Below, piece by piece: positions 1 to 14,850 of a stretch of 64,000 bases of DNA. A model generated the notes under the pieces. It saw nothing but the letters and a program-made list of their open reading frames with translations. It was not told the origin of the DNA and ran no database searches. The stretch is from NCBI RefSeq assembly GCF_009914755.1, contig NC_060928.1; one strand, 5' to 3'. Source of the DNA: the human T2T-CHM13v2.0 reference genome, Homo sapiens. The translations under genes and the position numbers were made by a program. How positions within the stretch are numbered: position 1 is the first letter of the stretch; each line of letters opens with the position of its first letter.

Positions 1-2354
1 TTAGTTAATTTTATATATTCATTTCCCAATCTACTTTCATTGGAATTACATATAAACATAAATAAATTCCTTAAGCCAATATTCGAAGGTTCTATTCATT
101 TTCTTTTCTAAGAAATGTATTGACATAAATAAAACTGTGCTATTTAGAAAAAGTACTTATGGATTCAATTGATTTGGCTCTATTCTTCCCACCAGTTTTT
201 TTTTTAAGAAGGCAGCTCATTTATGTGGTGATGTAGCAGTTCGTGTCACAAGCAAATTAAAATAAAAAATGTCCACTTCTAGAAATTTTTCTTTTATGGT
301 CTGAGTCAGCCATAACCACAGAGGATCCATCTTGTGCAATACTGTTTTAAAAATTCATTCAATTATATTTGGCCAAATACAAAATATTAACTTGAGTTAC
401 ATTGAGTATTTAATAGTTAGCAAAACTTATATCCATTGATATCGAATGCTCTCTGCCAAACATGTATGGTCTTGTTTTCATTTGCCCTCCAAGGTTAAAT
501 GCTTTGTTCTAATAAAGTGTTCAAACACAGAATAAATCAGGTATTAGCTGTCAGTTAAATTAGTGGCAAAATTGACAAGCAGTAATTCTTGACCAGAGTT
601 TGTATTTGTTCATCACTGGTTCAAATGTTTTTTATTTCTTTCTATATTCTGCACTTATATTCTTGCCCAAAGACATTTTCCTCTCTTGGAAAATCATAAT
701 TAGTTTATTTATTTTCAAAGGTTAGAAACCCACAGAATCATGATTAATGATGTGGAAATTAAATACATACAGGTACTGTTGCCTTTTGCAAGACACTTCA
801 TGGTTAATGAGTGCTGGTTTGTATTCTCTTCATTCAGACAGTAAAGTCAGCTTTAAATGCGTCAGTGTGGCGAGTTGATGACAATTGCTGAGCTGAGTGA
901 GAGGCATGGTTTGGAAATTCTCTTTGTTCTTTGCGGCTCTGTCCTGTGACACTGCCATTATCCTTTCGAGTGGAGGCTGGGATAATGGGCCTTAGAGAGG
1001 GTGACCTGGTATAGCTTGACCTGCACAAATGTGTTTGTCTTTATTCACTTGGGCCCTTTGACATGCTCTTCTAGATATTATGATGTTGGTGTTATATTGG
1101 AATGGAAGGATTTGATTACTCAGGGATCAATAGCTACTCTGGACATTTTTTGAAACACGTTGAGCATGACAAACTTGCCATTTTTGCCTTCCTCCATTTT
1201 TAGACACATGACTCTATTAAGGGAAATTTAATCCGTATGTTTCTGATTCCCTTACACTTAACTCATCAAAATGTTGTTTTGTAAGAACACTTTGAAGTCA
1301 GGGAAGCCTTTTAAGTCATTTTTTATGAGACTTTTTCAAGCCTCTTTTCTTAGGAACAGGAAGTGGCATTTAGCCAACAGTTAACAAACTCAAACACCAA
1401 AAGGTTGAAGTTGGGTTTGAATCTCTGAACCCATAAGTGTTTGAATGGACTCTTGACATGAGCCATCCTACTGTGTATTAGTGCCAACGGCCATCAGAAC
1501 CGTCTTGATTGCTGAGATGACTCCAGGACCCCAACCAACCGCCAACTTGTGTTTCCCTAATCAGTCTACTTCATGCTGAATTATGACTCATTTAACTTTA
1601 AAGGAACTACTTTATTACCCATTCTGCTGAGCATTTTTGTGACTTCTGTGAGAGCTATTGAATTTGGCACTGTCCCACAGCTAGCTAGATATAACTTTTG
1701 AATCCAGTCACCAGTAAAATCACACAAGAGTTCAAGTTCACAGGACAAGTGAGTGTTGATTGACCATGAAGGCTTCTACCCACAAAGACACAGAAATTAT
1801 TTCAGCGACTCAGTTTCCTAGTGGAGAAGATAACATGGACGTTTTAGAAAATAAAATGCATGTTAAAATAACAAATGAGGCATCTGGCTTCAGAAGTTTT
1901 CGTTTGATTTATACTCAACAGTTGTTGTAAGTAAAAACTAAGCTCCATTTCCCAGGAAATTTATAGCTTAGACAAGCACCAGCGTTGTCACGGTGGTTCC
2001 CACTGCAGAATGCACTGGAAGTGATTTCTTCCTGTAGGTTTTCAGAGGATCCTACTAAGTCCTAATTCTGCACCTTGCAAATTATGCAACAATAAATGCC
2101 AAATAGCAACAGCTGATCTAGGTTAAAAGATTTAAAGAAGTTTCAAAGGTAGCCTAGGAGAAACAGTGAGAAATAATTCTAGAAACAAGAGAGTTCCGAT
2201 AATAAACACTCAAGTGAAGAGAGCTCAGGCAGGCAGAATGCTACTCCTCTCCTTTAGGGCACTGCAAGTCAGCGCTCTGTAGACAGCATTTATTATCTAG
2301 GTGAAAAAGCCTGGGGACGTGGTACAGGCCACCCCTCTACAGATATATCAGGAT

Positions 2355-2525
2355 TGCATAGTGGCTGCATGCCCAGGGGCTCTGGAGTCAGACTGCCTGG
2401 TGGTTTAGAGCCAGACTGTATCACTGGATCTGTGCTCTTGGATAAACGAGACAAATTATAGGACCTGTTTAATTGGGCTGTTGTGAGGATTAAAGAGGAT
2501 GCTACATGTGAAAGTCCTGGTAGAG
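2355..2525 (+). mobile_element. MIR SINE fragment
   Basis: MIR-like core: GGCTCTGGAGTCAGACTGCCTGG...GTTGTGAGGATTAAAGAGGATG..TGTGAAAG. Confidence 0.7.
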
Positions 2526-2719
2526 TCTTGATAAATATTAGCGTGATGAGGATGTGGTTGGCTAGGACTAGGGAATAGTATAACAAGGGCGCAATCGCTC
2601 CGGTGTAAGTTAAACACTGGGAATTATGAGCATCTCATGTTCTTTCATCTTCCTAGAAATCCGCAGCTATGTCCAAGGCTTTAAGTGACAGTTGTTTCTT
2701 GATGACTCTCAAATCAATG

Positions 2720-3180
2720 TCCTTCCTCTAGATCTCTCTCTGAGCAAGGCCTACAAGGCCACTACCAGCCTAACCTTCAGCTCTTCTCACTGAACTACTG
2801 GCCCTTTCTGCAGCTGGAATGTTCGTTTCATGCTCCGTAACTTTGCATGTGCTGTTCCCGCCGTCATTAGTACCCCTACTTCTTGTCCATCTGGCACATT
2901 GCTGCTCATCCTTCCGTGCTCAAGCACCATGTCCTCTGCAAAAGCCTCTGACTTCCTTTTGCTGATTTAAGCGTTCCTCTCTTTACGCGTTTATGGCACT
3001 CTCTCGCATTTCCTTATAGCTCTCATGAAGTGACACTGGAAATCGTGTGTGTGCCTGTCTCCACACTCCCCTGTGAGCACTGTCAGGGCAGGGGCTGTGT
3101 CTTGCATCTTTGGGTGCCAGTCCTAACACAGCATTTTGCATAGGGAGGACACTCAATGCAATTTTGGTGAAGGAATAAAG
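2720..3180 (+). mobile_element. L2 LINE 3' fragment
   Basis: L2-like CTTTGCATGTGCTGTTCCC, GGGCAGGGGCTGTGTCTTG and degenerate 3' terminus ACACAGCA...CTCAATG...GAAGGAATAAA. Confidence 0.6.
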
Positions 3181-3925
3181 TGTGTCTAGAGAAACAGCAG
3201 GAAGGTTAGGTGGGCTGAAAATGATTTTGGTTTTATCAGCACCACTTTTACTATAGTAGACTCGACGCCGTGTCTCATTTCTTCTTGTGCTCACATCTAG
3301 CAAATTTGAGTGTCCTGGAAATAGTTTTCAGGGTGAGTTTTATCTTTCTCTATGAAAGATGTGCAACAATGCTCTATGAAGGAAAGGCGCACATTGAGTT
3401 TCTGATATGATCTATAGAGTGTCATCACCCAGATTCCAAGCAGCCCCATCAGGACAGAGCCTCTTCTTGTTAGATCAGTGCCTGCCATGGAGGAGACACA
3501 CAGTATTTGATGAATGGTTGCATGAAAGCCAAGAATAAACAGTACCTGGATAATGAAAATGAAAGCACCACTGCTCCACCCACATCTTGAGGTATTTGCT
3601 TTAGTTCCCTAGAGGGATTTTTCAGTCCTTAGAGTGACTCAATTGTGTTTAACATCAGTCCTATCGAATACCAACATCAAGACTATTTTTTTCTTCTCAT
3701 TGCTAATGATATTGCTACATTGTCTTCACCATTGTGAAACTTGCTGAGAAACTTGTATATAACCTTCAAAACCCAAGTATGTGTGCCCTGCGAAGACTGC
3801 ATGTCACTAGCTATGAGTGACTGATGTGCGTGACAAGGGGTGCCGAAAGCCGAGCGATGCCCTGCTGTGAAGAACCGTGGGCTCTGGCTGGTTACAGAGC
3901 TGCCGTGTGAACTTCAAACCCATCT

Positions 3926-4003
3926 GAAGCCATCACAACCTTTATTCTTTTACCCAGAACTGGTGAAACCATTGTAATCTTTATTCTTTTACCTAGCCCT
4001 GGA
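3926..4003. repeat. Diverged 2 x 39-bp tandem duplication
   Basis: CTTTATTCTTTTACC at 3940 and 3979, flanks AAGCCATCAC / AAACCATTGT. Confidence 0.7.
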
Positions 4004-6079
4004 AGGTCTAGAAGTCAGTCACTTGCTGAGAGATCTTGAGATGCTGTTCCTCCATGGATCTTCTGCACCAGAAATACGACTTAAGACCTCTCTGCCACAC
4101 TCTGCAATCATTCCTCCTTCCTCATGCCTGGCTAAGGTGGTCCTCAGGGGTCATTTTCAAACTGTTGGTCACAACCTCTTCATTGGTCTGAAATTAATCT
4201 AGTAGGTTGCAAACAGCACTCAAAAAGGAGATAGACTAGAACAGACCAGTATATTTTACATAGTAAGGCTAAGTGTTATTTCATGAAAGTTTTGTTTTGG
4301 TTTTCAAAACACACCTCTCTCTCTGTGGTGTGGTGTGTGTACTGGGTACTGATAGAAAATTTATTTCTTACTCTGGGTTGCAGTAAAAGCAGTTTGAAAG
4401 CTCCTACCTTGGAAACTCTGAAGCAGCCTGGGGTTTGGATGTGGATCAGGGAGTCACAACCATGCTGTAAAGCCAAACAGCTAACCTGTGACACTGCTGG
4501 GCACAGACTGAGGTATGTCTCGTGGCTGTTACCGATGCCAACTCTCAGGATTCATACAAATGGAAGACAAGAATATCTTAGGTAATCTACAAATCCCCAG
4601 GTCTGATTTGACTCACCTTTCTCCCTTACTTTGAGAAACATCTGTTGCATATCTAGCATGCGCCGGGCAGTTCTAGATGCTGGGAAGATAGTGTGAAAGT
4701 CAATCCTTGCCCTCCCTCATGGAACAGAAGATGCTTCCTACAAAAAGTCTTACAATTCTGAGTAACTAAGTTAACTGGTTTATTTTATTGCCTCCTTTTC
4801 CCCAGCCTGTCAGTCTTTTCTGATAAAAAGGCTAATAAACAGAAACCAGTTAAATAGCAACCAGAGGAAAAGAACAGGAAAAAAAATCGAGTCTGAATAA
4901 CACATAATTAGCCCCTTGATATTTGAGGCAATAGGGGAAATAATAATGTCATATACATGATTAACTTCTAAAGTTGGCTAAAAAAAATAAAGGAAAAAAC
5001 AAAAAACCCTCAGTTCTATCTATGAGCCCAGCATGTCCAGAGTATTGTCGGAGTGGCTGTTGTCTTTGGGTATCCTGAATTTTCTTCCTAGAAAGGAAGA
5101 AGAAGGCCCCCATTTAGTTTTGTTGCAGGTTTCAAATTCTTCTCTGGGAGAAAAGCTAATGCAGCAAGTTATTTTTTCCCTGGCTATTTATTTTTCCATT
5201 TCCAGTCGCTCTATGCTAGATTGTAACATTCAGGGATTGGGGAGTACAATCGCTTCAGAATAATCAGTCATAAACATTCCAGGTTTAGTTAACTATTAAG
5301 GAAAGCAGCGTCTTTACTTTTTAAAGAGGAAAAAGAAAGAACGTATGCCACGGCCTGTAAAAGACTTTCCCATGTTTTGTTTACATTGGAATTTCAAAAG
5401 CTGACAATATCTTTCCTTCCTTCCTGCTCCTTGATGTAGTGAAAGGTCTTCCCTGTAAGTCTGATCATTTTAGTTGAAAGTGTTTAGACTATCTCGTGTA
5501 CTCAAGTACTCATCACGATAGAATTCCACCGTGTAAGGGCTTGGTGGCTTCTAAGCTCATATTTTCTTTCTTTCTTTTCTCTCAACAAACTCAACTATCA
5601 TGTCATTTAACTTTAGGCTCCATCCCACATTCCTGCAGGAAATCTTCTTTTAAACAGAATTATATACTGCAGGAATGGAGCTGCTCAATTTTCACTGGGT
5701 TGCATTTTTTATGGTTGTTCCTTTACTTCCTGGTAGCATATTTCTGATGACACATCCGTAGCAACAGTAGTTTTATTTATAAGCAAAGGGAAGAAGAAAC
5801 ATGGACTTTGGCTAACCTGGGTGTACAAAGAACACCCAGAATGTAATTGTAATTATGTCCACTTGTGGTGATATGGTCCAAGGTTTATCAGGATTTCCAA
5901 AGGAATCTGTGGGAGGAAATCTACCAGTGATCACAGCCATAATGAAACAAACTGATGTGGAAATTTCTATTCTTTAAAACCTATTTTAAATTTAGTGTTT
6001 ACAAATAGGTATAAGTTAGCAAGAGTGCTGAACTCAGGGGACGATCTAAATCCACTCAATAATTAGTTCAACAAACTTA

Positions 6080-6403
6080 GGCTAGGCACAGTGGCTCACG
6101 CCTGTAGTCCCAGCACTTTGGGAGGCCGAGGAGGGTGGATCACCTGAGGTCAGGAGCTCGAGACCAGCCTGACCAACATGGAGAAACCCTGTCTCTACTA
6201 AAAATATAAAATTATCCGGGCATGGTGGTGCACACCTGTAGTCCAAGCTACTCAGGAGGCTGAGGCAGGAAAATCACTTGAACTCAGGAGGTGGAGGTTG
6301 GGGTGAGCCGAGATCATGCCATTGCACTCCAGCCTGGGCAACAAGAGTGAAACTCCATCTCAGAATAATAATAAAAAATAAATAAATAAATGAATAAATA
6401 AAT
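6080..6403 (+). mobile_element. AluS (AluSp-like), full length
   Basis: Both arms, A-rich linker, (AAAT)n tail; GACCAACATGGAGAAACCC and GGCAACAAGAG diagnostics. Confidence 0.93.
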
Positions 6404-6409
6404 ACAGTC

Positions 6410-7070
6410 ATGGGACCCAACATTACAGACTTTAGTCATTGACGTTACAGAATTGAGCCACTCATAGACAGGGACATCACAGAGTTTAGAAGAAACAGAG
6501 AAGTGGGAGGGGACAGAGTCAGCAGATGTGCCTCAAGCAGAGGGTTCGGGGGAGTGTCGGATGAGAAAGAAGAGCTGGAAAAAAATGTTAAGAAGGAGTA
6601 GCTGGAGATGTTACAAGAAAATAAGGGGTGCTTATCATCATAGAAGCCAATAAGATAATTTGAAAAATATAGCGGTTACAAGAGTCAAATGCTAAACGGT
6701 TCCGAATGCGTGAGGGTTGGGATCAGGACTGGCGATTAGCAAGTTTTATGTGGCTTTTAAGCCATTACTTTCTGTAGAAAGAGAAGAGCACAGCCAGAGG
6801 ATAGAATTGAATGGGAAGTAAAGATGAAGTAAAATGAGCGTAGAGTGTATTTTTTCTCGACAATTATTGGTGTATGGAAGCATGTAGATAAATAGTTCCC
6901 TGAAAATATCGTTTACAGGGGTGCTTTTATTTCTTTGGATGAGGAAACTACAGTACATTATAGGACAAGTGAAAGGAGCAAGTAGAGAAACAGGGTAATG
7001 ATGACTTTAGGGAAAGATAAAGAGGGGTCTCAACAGTTCAGAAGGAGCAAGTCTCGGAAAAGAAGAGGGA
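6410..7070 (-). mobile_element. L2 LINE internal fragment
   Basis: Purine-rich degenerate L2 body (CATAGAAGCCAA...GTCAAATGCT...GATTAGCAA). Confidence 0.5.
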
Positions 7071-7074
7071 CAGT

Positions 7075-7925
<851 letters not shown>

Positions 7926-8285
7926 ATGCTTCTAGAACAAAAGAGAAGGAGAAAGGATTAGTGTAGATTTAGAACACTTCTGAATTAAGAGGAAGCAATT
8001 GGAGAAAGTTCAGGCTGAAAACCTTCAATTAGCATAGACTGAAAAAAGCTCATCTCTTAAAGGAGAAGTCATAAAAGAGTTTATATGAATCAGAGTGTGA
8101 TTCCTTTTTTTCTTATACAATATGAAATAAAACCACTCTGTAACTCTTGAATAAATCTGCTGTTAGGGAATGCAGCATGCTATGAGCCTGATTTTAAAAG
8201 AAATTTTAATTTTTTTGAATAAAATATTTTAAAAATGCATATGTCACTTGCCTCTTCATATTTAATGCACTTTTAGCAAAACTCA

Positions 8286-8840
8286 TGTTATGAACTGAGA
8301 AGGGTCTGATGTTTTACTCAAATTGCAAGCTAACAAATTAGTTTGCTATGATTGCTGGAAGAAGACATGAGACTTCTGTATCAAAGACAAAGGATTTTAT
8401 TATTCATAGCAATAGTAGTATTCAGAATATAAGCACTCTTGGGCCAGTTCCCCAGCCCTAATCCACCAAGGCAATGAGAAGGTGACCAAGTGACATCTGA
8501 ACATACAGTGGGTTGTGTTAGAAAAGAGGAAGTTGACCTTGGGAAACCTGAATCTTTTGTAATTGGCACTTGGCATGCTTGCTATTTGCTAGGAAGGAAA
8601 TGTCATTTTTATTATACTGTACAGCATGCATGTATATGTCTCTTGTTGTGGAGGGAGATACTATCTTTGTCTTTCAAGGCTGTAAGCAATTTTATCCATT
8701 GGTCCAGAAGGAGATCCTATCACTGTCTTCCCATGCTATACAAGGCCTCCTTGAAAAGACAGCTGAGAGCAAAGATAGCTAGTGCTTCTGTTTGTAAGAC
8801 ATGCAGAAATGTGAGAGACCCACGAATTGTCTCCCCAAAA
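8286..8840. mobile_element. Old ERV solo-LTR-like element (family unassigned)
   Basis: TGTTA start, LTR-like length and sequence texture; family not recalled with certainty. Confidence 0.4.
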
Positions 8841-9437
8841 CTAATTTTAAAATATGACTTCAGTGTGCAAGAAATGGTCAAAATAAAAATCTAAATAAAT
8901 TTCTACCATAAAGAAATATTTCAAAAAAACAAATATTTCATATGTAAGAGGTAATCTCATATGTAATTTCATATGTAATCTTCAGTACGTAAGTACTTAA
9001 AAATATTCTTCATTTTAAAAGTATTGTATGTTTACTTATATATTCAATGTAAGATCAACAAATTTTTCATGTAGGCAGTGAAAGTACAAACAAATAGGAG
9101 TAGTAAGCAGTTTGGAACACTGATTTCAGTGTTCAGCTCCTTGATCAAGTATTTGGTGAAATCACAACCACCAGGGTGTGGGTGCGCCTGTTGGGCAGCA
9201 GTGACAAATGGCCTTCCCTAGGATGGCCTGTAGATGTGTCCTTGGCTTTGCTATCTGGACTATTGCCCATCCCAGCGGCTTCCCTGTACCTCTTATGAAA
9301 CAACAGGAGCCTGTTAGGCTTTGGAGTTTATCTAGTTTTACAAATGTTCCAGAAAATTTGCTCCATCCCAGGATAAGCTGTGGACACATAGGTAGGATCA
9401 TGATGTGGATTTATGTTTCAGATTTACCACAGAGTGG

Positions 9438-9813
9438 TGTGTTAGACCATTTATGCTGCTGCGACAGAGTACCACAGAATGGATAATTTATAAAGAAAAA
9501 AGATTGATTTGCTGTATGGTTCTGGAGGCTGGGAAGTCCATGGTCAAGAGGCTGCATCTGGTGAGGGCCTTCTTGCTGCATCATAACATGGTGGAAAGCA
9601 TCACATGGCAAGCGAGGGTGCAAGACAGAGATAGGAAATCATTCAAACTCATCCTTTTATCAGGAGCTCACTTCTATGGTAACAGCATTAATCCACTCAG
9701 GGGGACAGGAGCCTCATGACGTAATCACCTCTTAAAGGTCCCACCTCTTAATACCATCACAATGGCAATTAAATTTCAACATGAGTTTTGGAGGGGGCAT
9801 TCAAGCCACAGCA
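9438..9813 (-). mobile_element. MST-type MaLR LTR (MSTC/MSTD-like)
   Basis: TGTGTTAG...GGTTCTGGAGGCTGGGAAGTCCA...GCATCTGGTGAGGGCCTTCTTGCTGCATCATAACATGG...TTTCAACATGAGTTTTGGAGGGG...CATTCAAGCCACAGCA. Confidence 0.85.
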
Positions 9814-10111
9814 GATAGTATTGGTCTGATGCAGTCCCAAGTGTGATGGAATCTAGAGATCTCTTCAAAGTAGGAGAGGAAGTTTAGAGTGTCCACAGAA
9901 TGCTTTTGCTTCTTGGTAAAGTTTGAGTACAATACATACTAATCATTGTGTAGCTGTCATATTTTTCTAACAACTTCAAAGACACCAAATCTAATTTACC
10001 TGTAAGCAGAGAGACACATCCTATTGTAGATTTAACTTTGCTCAATAGGTCCTTATGAGGGAGGAGTGTCCATTCTGTATCACTGGTGAATAAGTGAGCA
10101 TATGAAGATGA

Positions 10112-10515
<404 letters not shown>

Positions 10516-11295
10516 TGAATGTGTTGTTTTCTCCTAAATTTATGTTTGTATTTTTTCATTGGTTTAGTTCAGTTGGAAGTGTAATTTCACATTAACGGGG
10601 GAACTAAATCAATTACATGTGTTCTTAATGTTCCAGTAGTGTCTGCAACTTGGTTAAACACTGAAGTGGTTTGGAACACGGCATTAGCCAATATAGCCAG
10701 AAAGAAAAAGGGAAGAAATCAGTAGAAAAAAATGCCTATATCAATATTAACTTCTTTTTCAGCATTCAATATGCTTGACTTTTTCTCTTATGACACCTTA
10801 ACCTCCTCCTAAATGCTAGCTGTCTAGACCTACTTCCTATACTCCTATTTTCATATTACTTTTTGTGTTTAAACATTTACTTCTTCACTATTTATTTCCT
10901 TTGCCTTTCTATCCACTATTTTCTTATTCTCCCTTTTTTTCCCTTCATTTAATAGTTTCTGAAAACTCATTTTTATCACTGAGTGTTTTTTTTTTAGCCT
11001 TTTCCAGAGGCAGATAATTACCACTAGAATGATCAATGGCTTTGGAGAAATGAATTAAAACATTAGTTCCATGGATAAACTCATACTTAATGTTAGGAGA
11101 TTTTGATTTCCAGATAGGGGATTTTTTTTTTAATCATCTAGACTACTCTTGGCTTTCCCTGCTAATTCTTAAGTTTGTGTACAATGTCCAACCTAACCGT
11201 GTAGGCTGATTGTTGAAAGGAACACTGGTGAACAGATCCAAATCTGTCACACTCCAGGCAAATAGCAATGGTGACACAAAAATGAGAAATAGGAC

Positions 11296-11652
11296 TGCTG
11301 TGGACTATTTGTGTCACCCCAAATTCATATTTCGAAACCCTAATCCCCAAGGTGATGGTATTAGGAGGTGGGGCCTTTGTGAGTTGATTATGTCATGAAG
11401 GTGAAGCCCTCATGAATGGAATTAGCGTCCTTATAAGAGACCCCTGGGAGATTTCTAACTCCTGCCACATGAGAACACAGCGAGAGGACAGCTGTCTATG
11501 ATGCAAGAAGCAGGCCCTCAGCAGGCACTGTGTCTGCTGCACCTTACTCTTAGACTTCCCAACTTCCAGAACTATGAGAAATGAAGGCTCGTTGATTATA
11601 AGCCATGCAGTCTATGCTATTATTGTTATAGCAGCCTGAATGGATTGAGACA
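11296..11652 (+). mobile_element. MLT1A-like MaLR LTR
   Basis: TGCTGTGGACT..TTTGTGTC.CCCCAAATTCATAT..GAAACCCTAATCCCCAAGGTGATGGTATTAGGAGGTGGGGCCTTT...ATAGCAGCCTGAATGGA.TGAGACA. Confidence 0.85.
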
Positions 11653-12223
11653 AAAACCCTCCTCAACAGAACTTTAGGCTCCTTAGCCAGTGTTATGGAG
11701 CTCTTTTAAAAAGCATAGAAATCACTGGCAAAGAGCTCCTGGCATTGAGCCACGTGACAGTTAGCAGAGGCTGCTTTCTGCTTGGCCAGCTGTGCAAGGA
11801 GACAGAGCAGGGGGTCAGCAGAGGGAGCTGAAACAGTAAGACTATAAGCAGAGGAAGAGTGGCAGGAAAGAACAAAACTCAATTCAAATGTTGCCAGCAC
11901 ACAGTGAATTGCAGGGAACCGGCTATCATGAGAGAGGGTCCCAGGAGTACACACATCAAATGTGGTTTTTGAACCAGAGGACCTCCTGACTGCTGGTGGC
12001 AGGATGTCTCTATTCCATGTAGTTATCAATGTGTTACTCTTTTCTTTGGTTGAAAGGATTTTGGGTCAGGCACTGATCTTTCTTTGAATATATGTGCCTG
12101 TTGGATGCCTGAACAGTGAGAAATGCAGGAACGTGGTAGTTAGTGATGGTTAGGAGAGCAGGGGAAGGCACAAAACCTGAATGTCACAGGAAATTGTGCA
12201 AGTATAATAAAAGTAACAGATAG

Positions 12224-12325
12224 CATTTATTGCTTGATTGCTATCTGCCAGGCTCAGTGCTAGGATATGGAAATATAGAGTCACGCCAAGTAACTTTGGT
12301 CCCTGCCCTCAAGCTTAGTCTGATG
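12224..12325 (-). mobile_element. L2 3' end fragment
   Basis: CATTTATTG...CTATCTGCCAGGC..AGTGCTAGG...GTCCCTGCCCTCAAG. Confidence 0.55.
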
Positions 12326-12872
12326 CAAATCCACCATGAACCAGGGAATTGACAGGCACTGAAGGTAAAGCCAGTGCTTCAAGACGTCAGACAAGACAAA
12401 ATGTCAGAAAAACAAACAACAGAGGAATTGCTATGGGAATCTTGAAAGAAAAGCTATTTCTTCTGCAGCCAAGAAGGCTTCTTTCAAGTAGGGGTGCAGA
12501 TGTCTCTCAGTGGATGTGATATACCGAGGTCTTGCAGAATGAAGCAAGGGAGAGACAAAGGGGTGGGGAAAGTGGCCAACCTGGCGGGAGAGGGGAGGGC
12601 AGCTCAAAACCCACCCACCGGCCAGACATTTACTTTAGGTCAACACCTCCAGCCCCGTAGAGGCATACTGTGCATGCAAACAGACAGTGAGGGTTTGATT
12701 CTGAAAACACAAAGAACAAGTCTGGCTGTACCACACCTCTCCTTAATCCTCTTCATTTCTCTTCTCATCTCTTATTTCCCGCTCAGATTTGAGGCTCGTC
12801 GTGTCTCAAGAGCCATGCTTGGTGCCTAAGCAGTAACCAAGAAATATGGACTTTGCTATTAAAACAGATGTT

Positions 12873-13200
12873 CTTTAGAGGGTACTAGAGGCTGGGAAGA
12901 GGAAGGGAAAAGGGAGATAGGGAGACATTCTTTAAAGGATAAAAAATTACAGCTAGATAGGATGAGTAGTCCTGGTGTTCCGCAGGTCTGTAGGATGACT
13001 ATAGTTAACAATAATACATGATATGCTTTCAAATAGCTAGAAGGAGGATATTGAATGTTCCCAACACAGAGAAATGACAAATGTTTGAGAAGATAAATAC
13101 ACTAATTACCCTGATCTTATCACTATACATTGTATGTATCATCACTATGTATCCCATGAACATTATGTGCCAATTAAAAAAATAAAAGAAAATATTTTTA
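12873..13200 (+). mobile_element. L1MA-type LINE 3' end
   Basis: AATTACAGCTAGATAGGA...GACTATAGTTAACAATAAT...AATAGCTAGAAG.AGGA..TTGAATGTTCCCAACACA; A-rich tail. Confidence 0.85.
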
Positions 13201-13229
13201 AAAGGGGATGCTCTTTGTTAAGAAGAGAG

Positions 13230-14850
13230 ATGGAAATGAAAGATGTCAGTATAGTGCATTTAAGTACTACTGGAAGATGTTTAAAGCATGACGGGATCCT
13301 TGAGATGGAACGTCTAATTCTAGGGGGGTGGATTTTAAGGATGTTCAAAGAGAAGGTGACATTTACGCAGAATTTTGAAGGACAACTAGTAGTTTGCCAA
13401 GTATATGGTTCCTGGGGTTCAAGGGTAGCTTTGGAGAGAGGAGAAAGCATTCTAAGCAGATAAATAGCACATGTGCATGTAAACAAGAGTGGAAATGCAT
13501 CGGGAACCCAGGACACTGCGGGACTGTGGTATGGAAAGGGAGAGCTACAGGCAGAAATCAGGCTGAAAGGTTGGGGAGTGAGAGGGTAATAAAGGCTCTG
13601 CTTGTTGCAATGTACTCAAATTTAGGGGCGCCTGCCCAAGACATGCCTTTTTACAGGGGCTGCCCATCATTCACAACCTTGCTGGAGATGTGAGCCAAGT
13701 TAACATGCCTGTCTCTGGCTGTCCCTGGCTAGAGCTGATTGGACAAGGGTTGGTTCTGTAATCTTGGAGGAATCTAACAATAGACTTGGCTGAAACAAGC
13801 GTAAGACTTGTCTTCCAAAATATGAACTAAAGGTCTGATTGGTGTGTGATGGATGTGTGAGCAGAGGTACCGAGAGCAGGGGCTGAAGCAGCTCTTCTCC
13901 ACCTCCTGAAGTACAGCTGAGCAGGTCTGTAGAGAGAAGCACAGGCACTCAGGGAAAGTGGAGACGAGGCCATGCGAGTCATGAGTGGGGCGTTGGTGGT
14001 GCACTTCCTGCTTTGTGTGCCATAGGATAGCTCTGTAGACTTTCATAAATACCCCTTTTAGGGAGACTCCATTTGCGTTCTTTGCAAACAAATGCACTGC
14101 TGTAAAATACATGCCATTCTAAAGAGTTTGGATTTTATCCTGTCAGTATGGGGAATCCATGAAAAATATTAAGCAGGGTTAACATAGATTCATTGTGTTG
14201 TCTTATAAATTAACTTGACTGCAACTTGAAGAATAGTTCAGAGAGGAGCAAAATCAGGAGAGGAAAACGCTAGGAGGCCATGGGAACAATCTGGACAAAG
14301 CCTGACACATCCCTCAGCTGAGGAGAGGCCTGGGGGAAGAGAGAGTCTAGATCTAAGGACATCTAGAGAGCCCCAGCTGAAGGACTTGTGAATGAGTGTT
14401 GCCGAGGCTACAGGTTGGGTGGGTATTGGCTCGCTTGTGGGACTGGCATATTGGTAGACGTGGTAAAACTTTAGAAGGAAAGAGATGTGCAAGTGAAAAA
14501 AATGAGATTCATTTCAGAGACATTGAGGCACATACAGGATATTCTTATGGAGTTATAGGCTCCAAGGAAAGTTCTGGGCTGCCACATGCAAATGGGCGTT
14601 GAAACAATGGGTGTGAAAGTGATTGCCTGTGAGGAGCAAGTGGAATGTGGAACACAAAAGTCTAAAACAGAGCTGGGAAGAAGGCATTCCTCAAGGAGCG
14701 GGCAGAAAAGGCTGAGAAGGGGTGAATTGGAGAACAAAGCCAGCAGAGCAGCATCAGAGAAAAAAGTGTGGTTTCAAAAGAAAGAGTCAAATGGTGCAGC
14801 ACAGTCAATGAATGTAAGAGGTGGATTAAGACGTTTCAAGGCCATGCTGG
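13230..14850 (-). mobile_element. L2 LINE body, split by an insertion at ~13.60-14.11 kb
   Basis: GAGAAGGTGACATTT...GAAAGCATTCTAAGCAG; resumes at GCCATTCTAAAGAGTTTGGATTTTATCC. Confidence 0.6.
13603..14111 (+). mobile_element. Old MLT1-like LTR inserted in L2
   Basis: TG...CA ends; reverse complement starts TGTATT...TTTGTTTGCAAAGAAC...AAAAGGGGTATTTAT like late MLT1 subfamilies. Confidence 0.45.

Noticed and set aside
834-1028. 64-aa minus ORF as a possible terminal coding exon
   Set aside because: No polypyrimidine tract before the putative acceptor, no recognisable homology and no partner exons.
8935-8980. Three copies of TCATATGTAA
   Set aside because: Short AT-rich slippage product; no supportable function.
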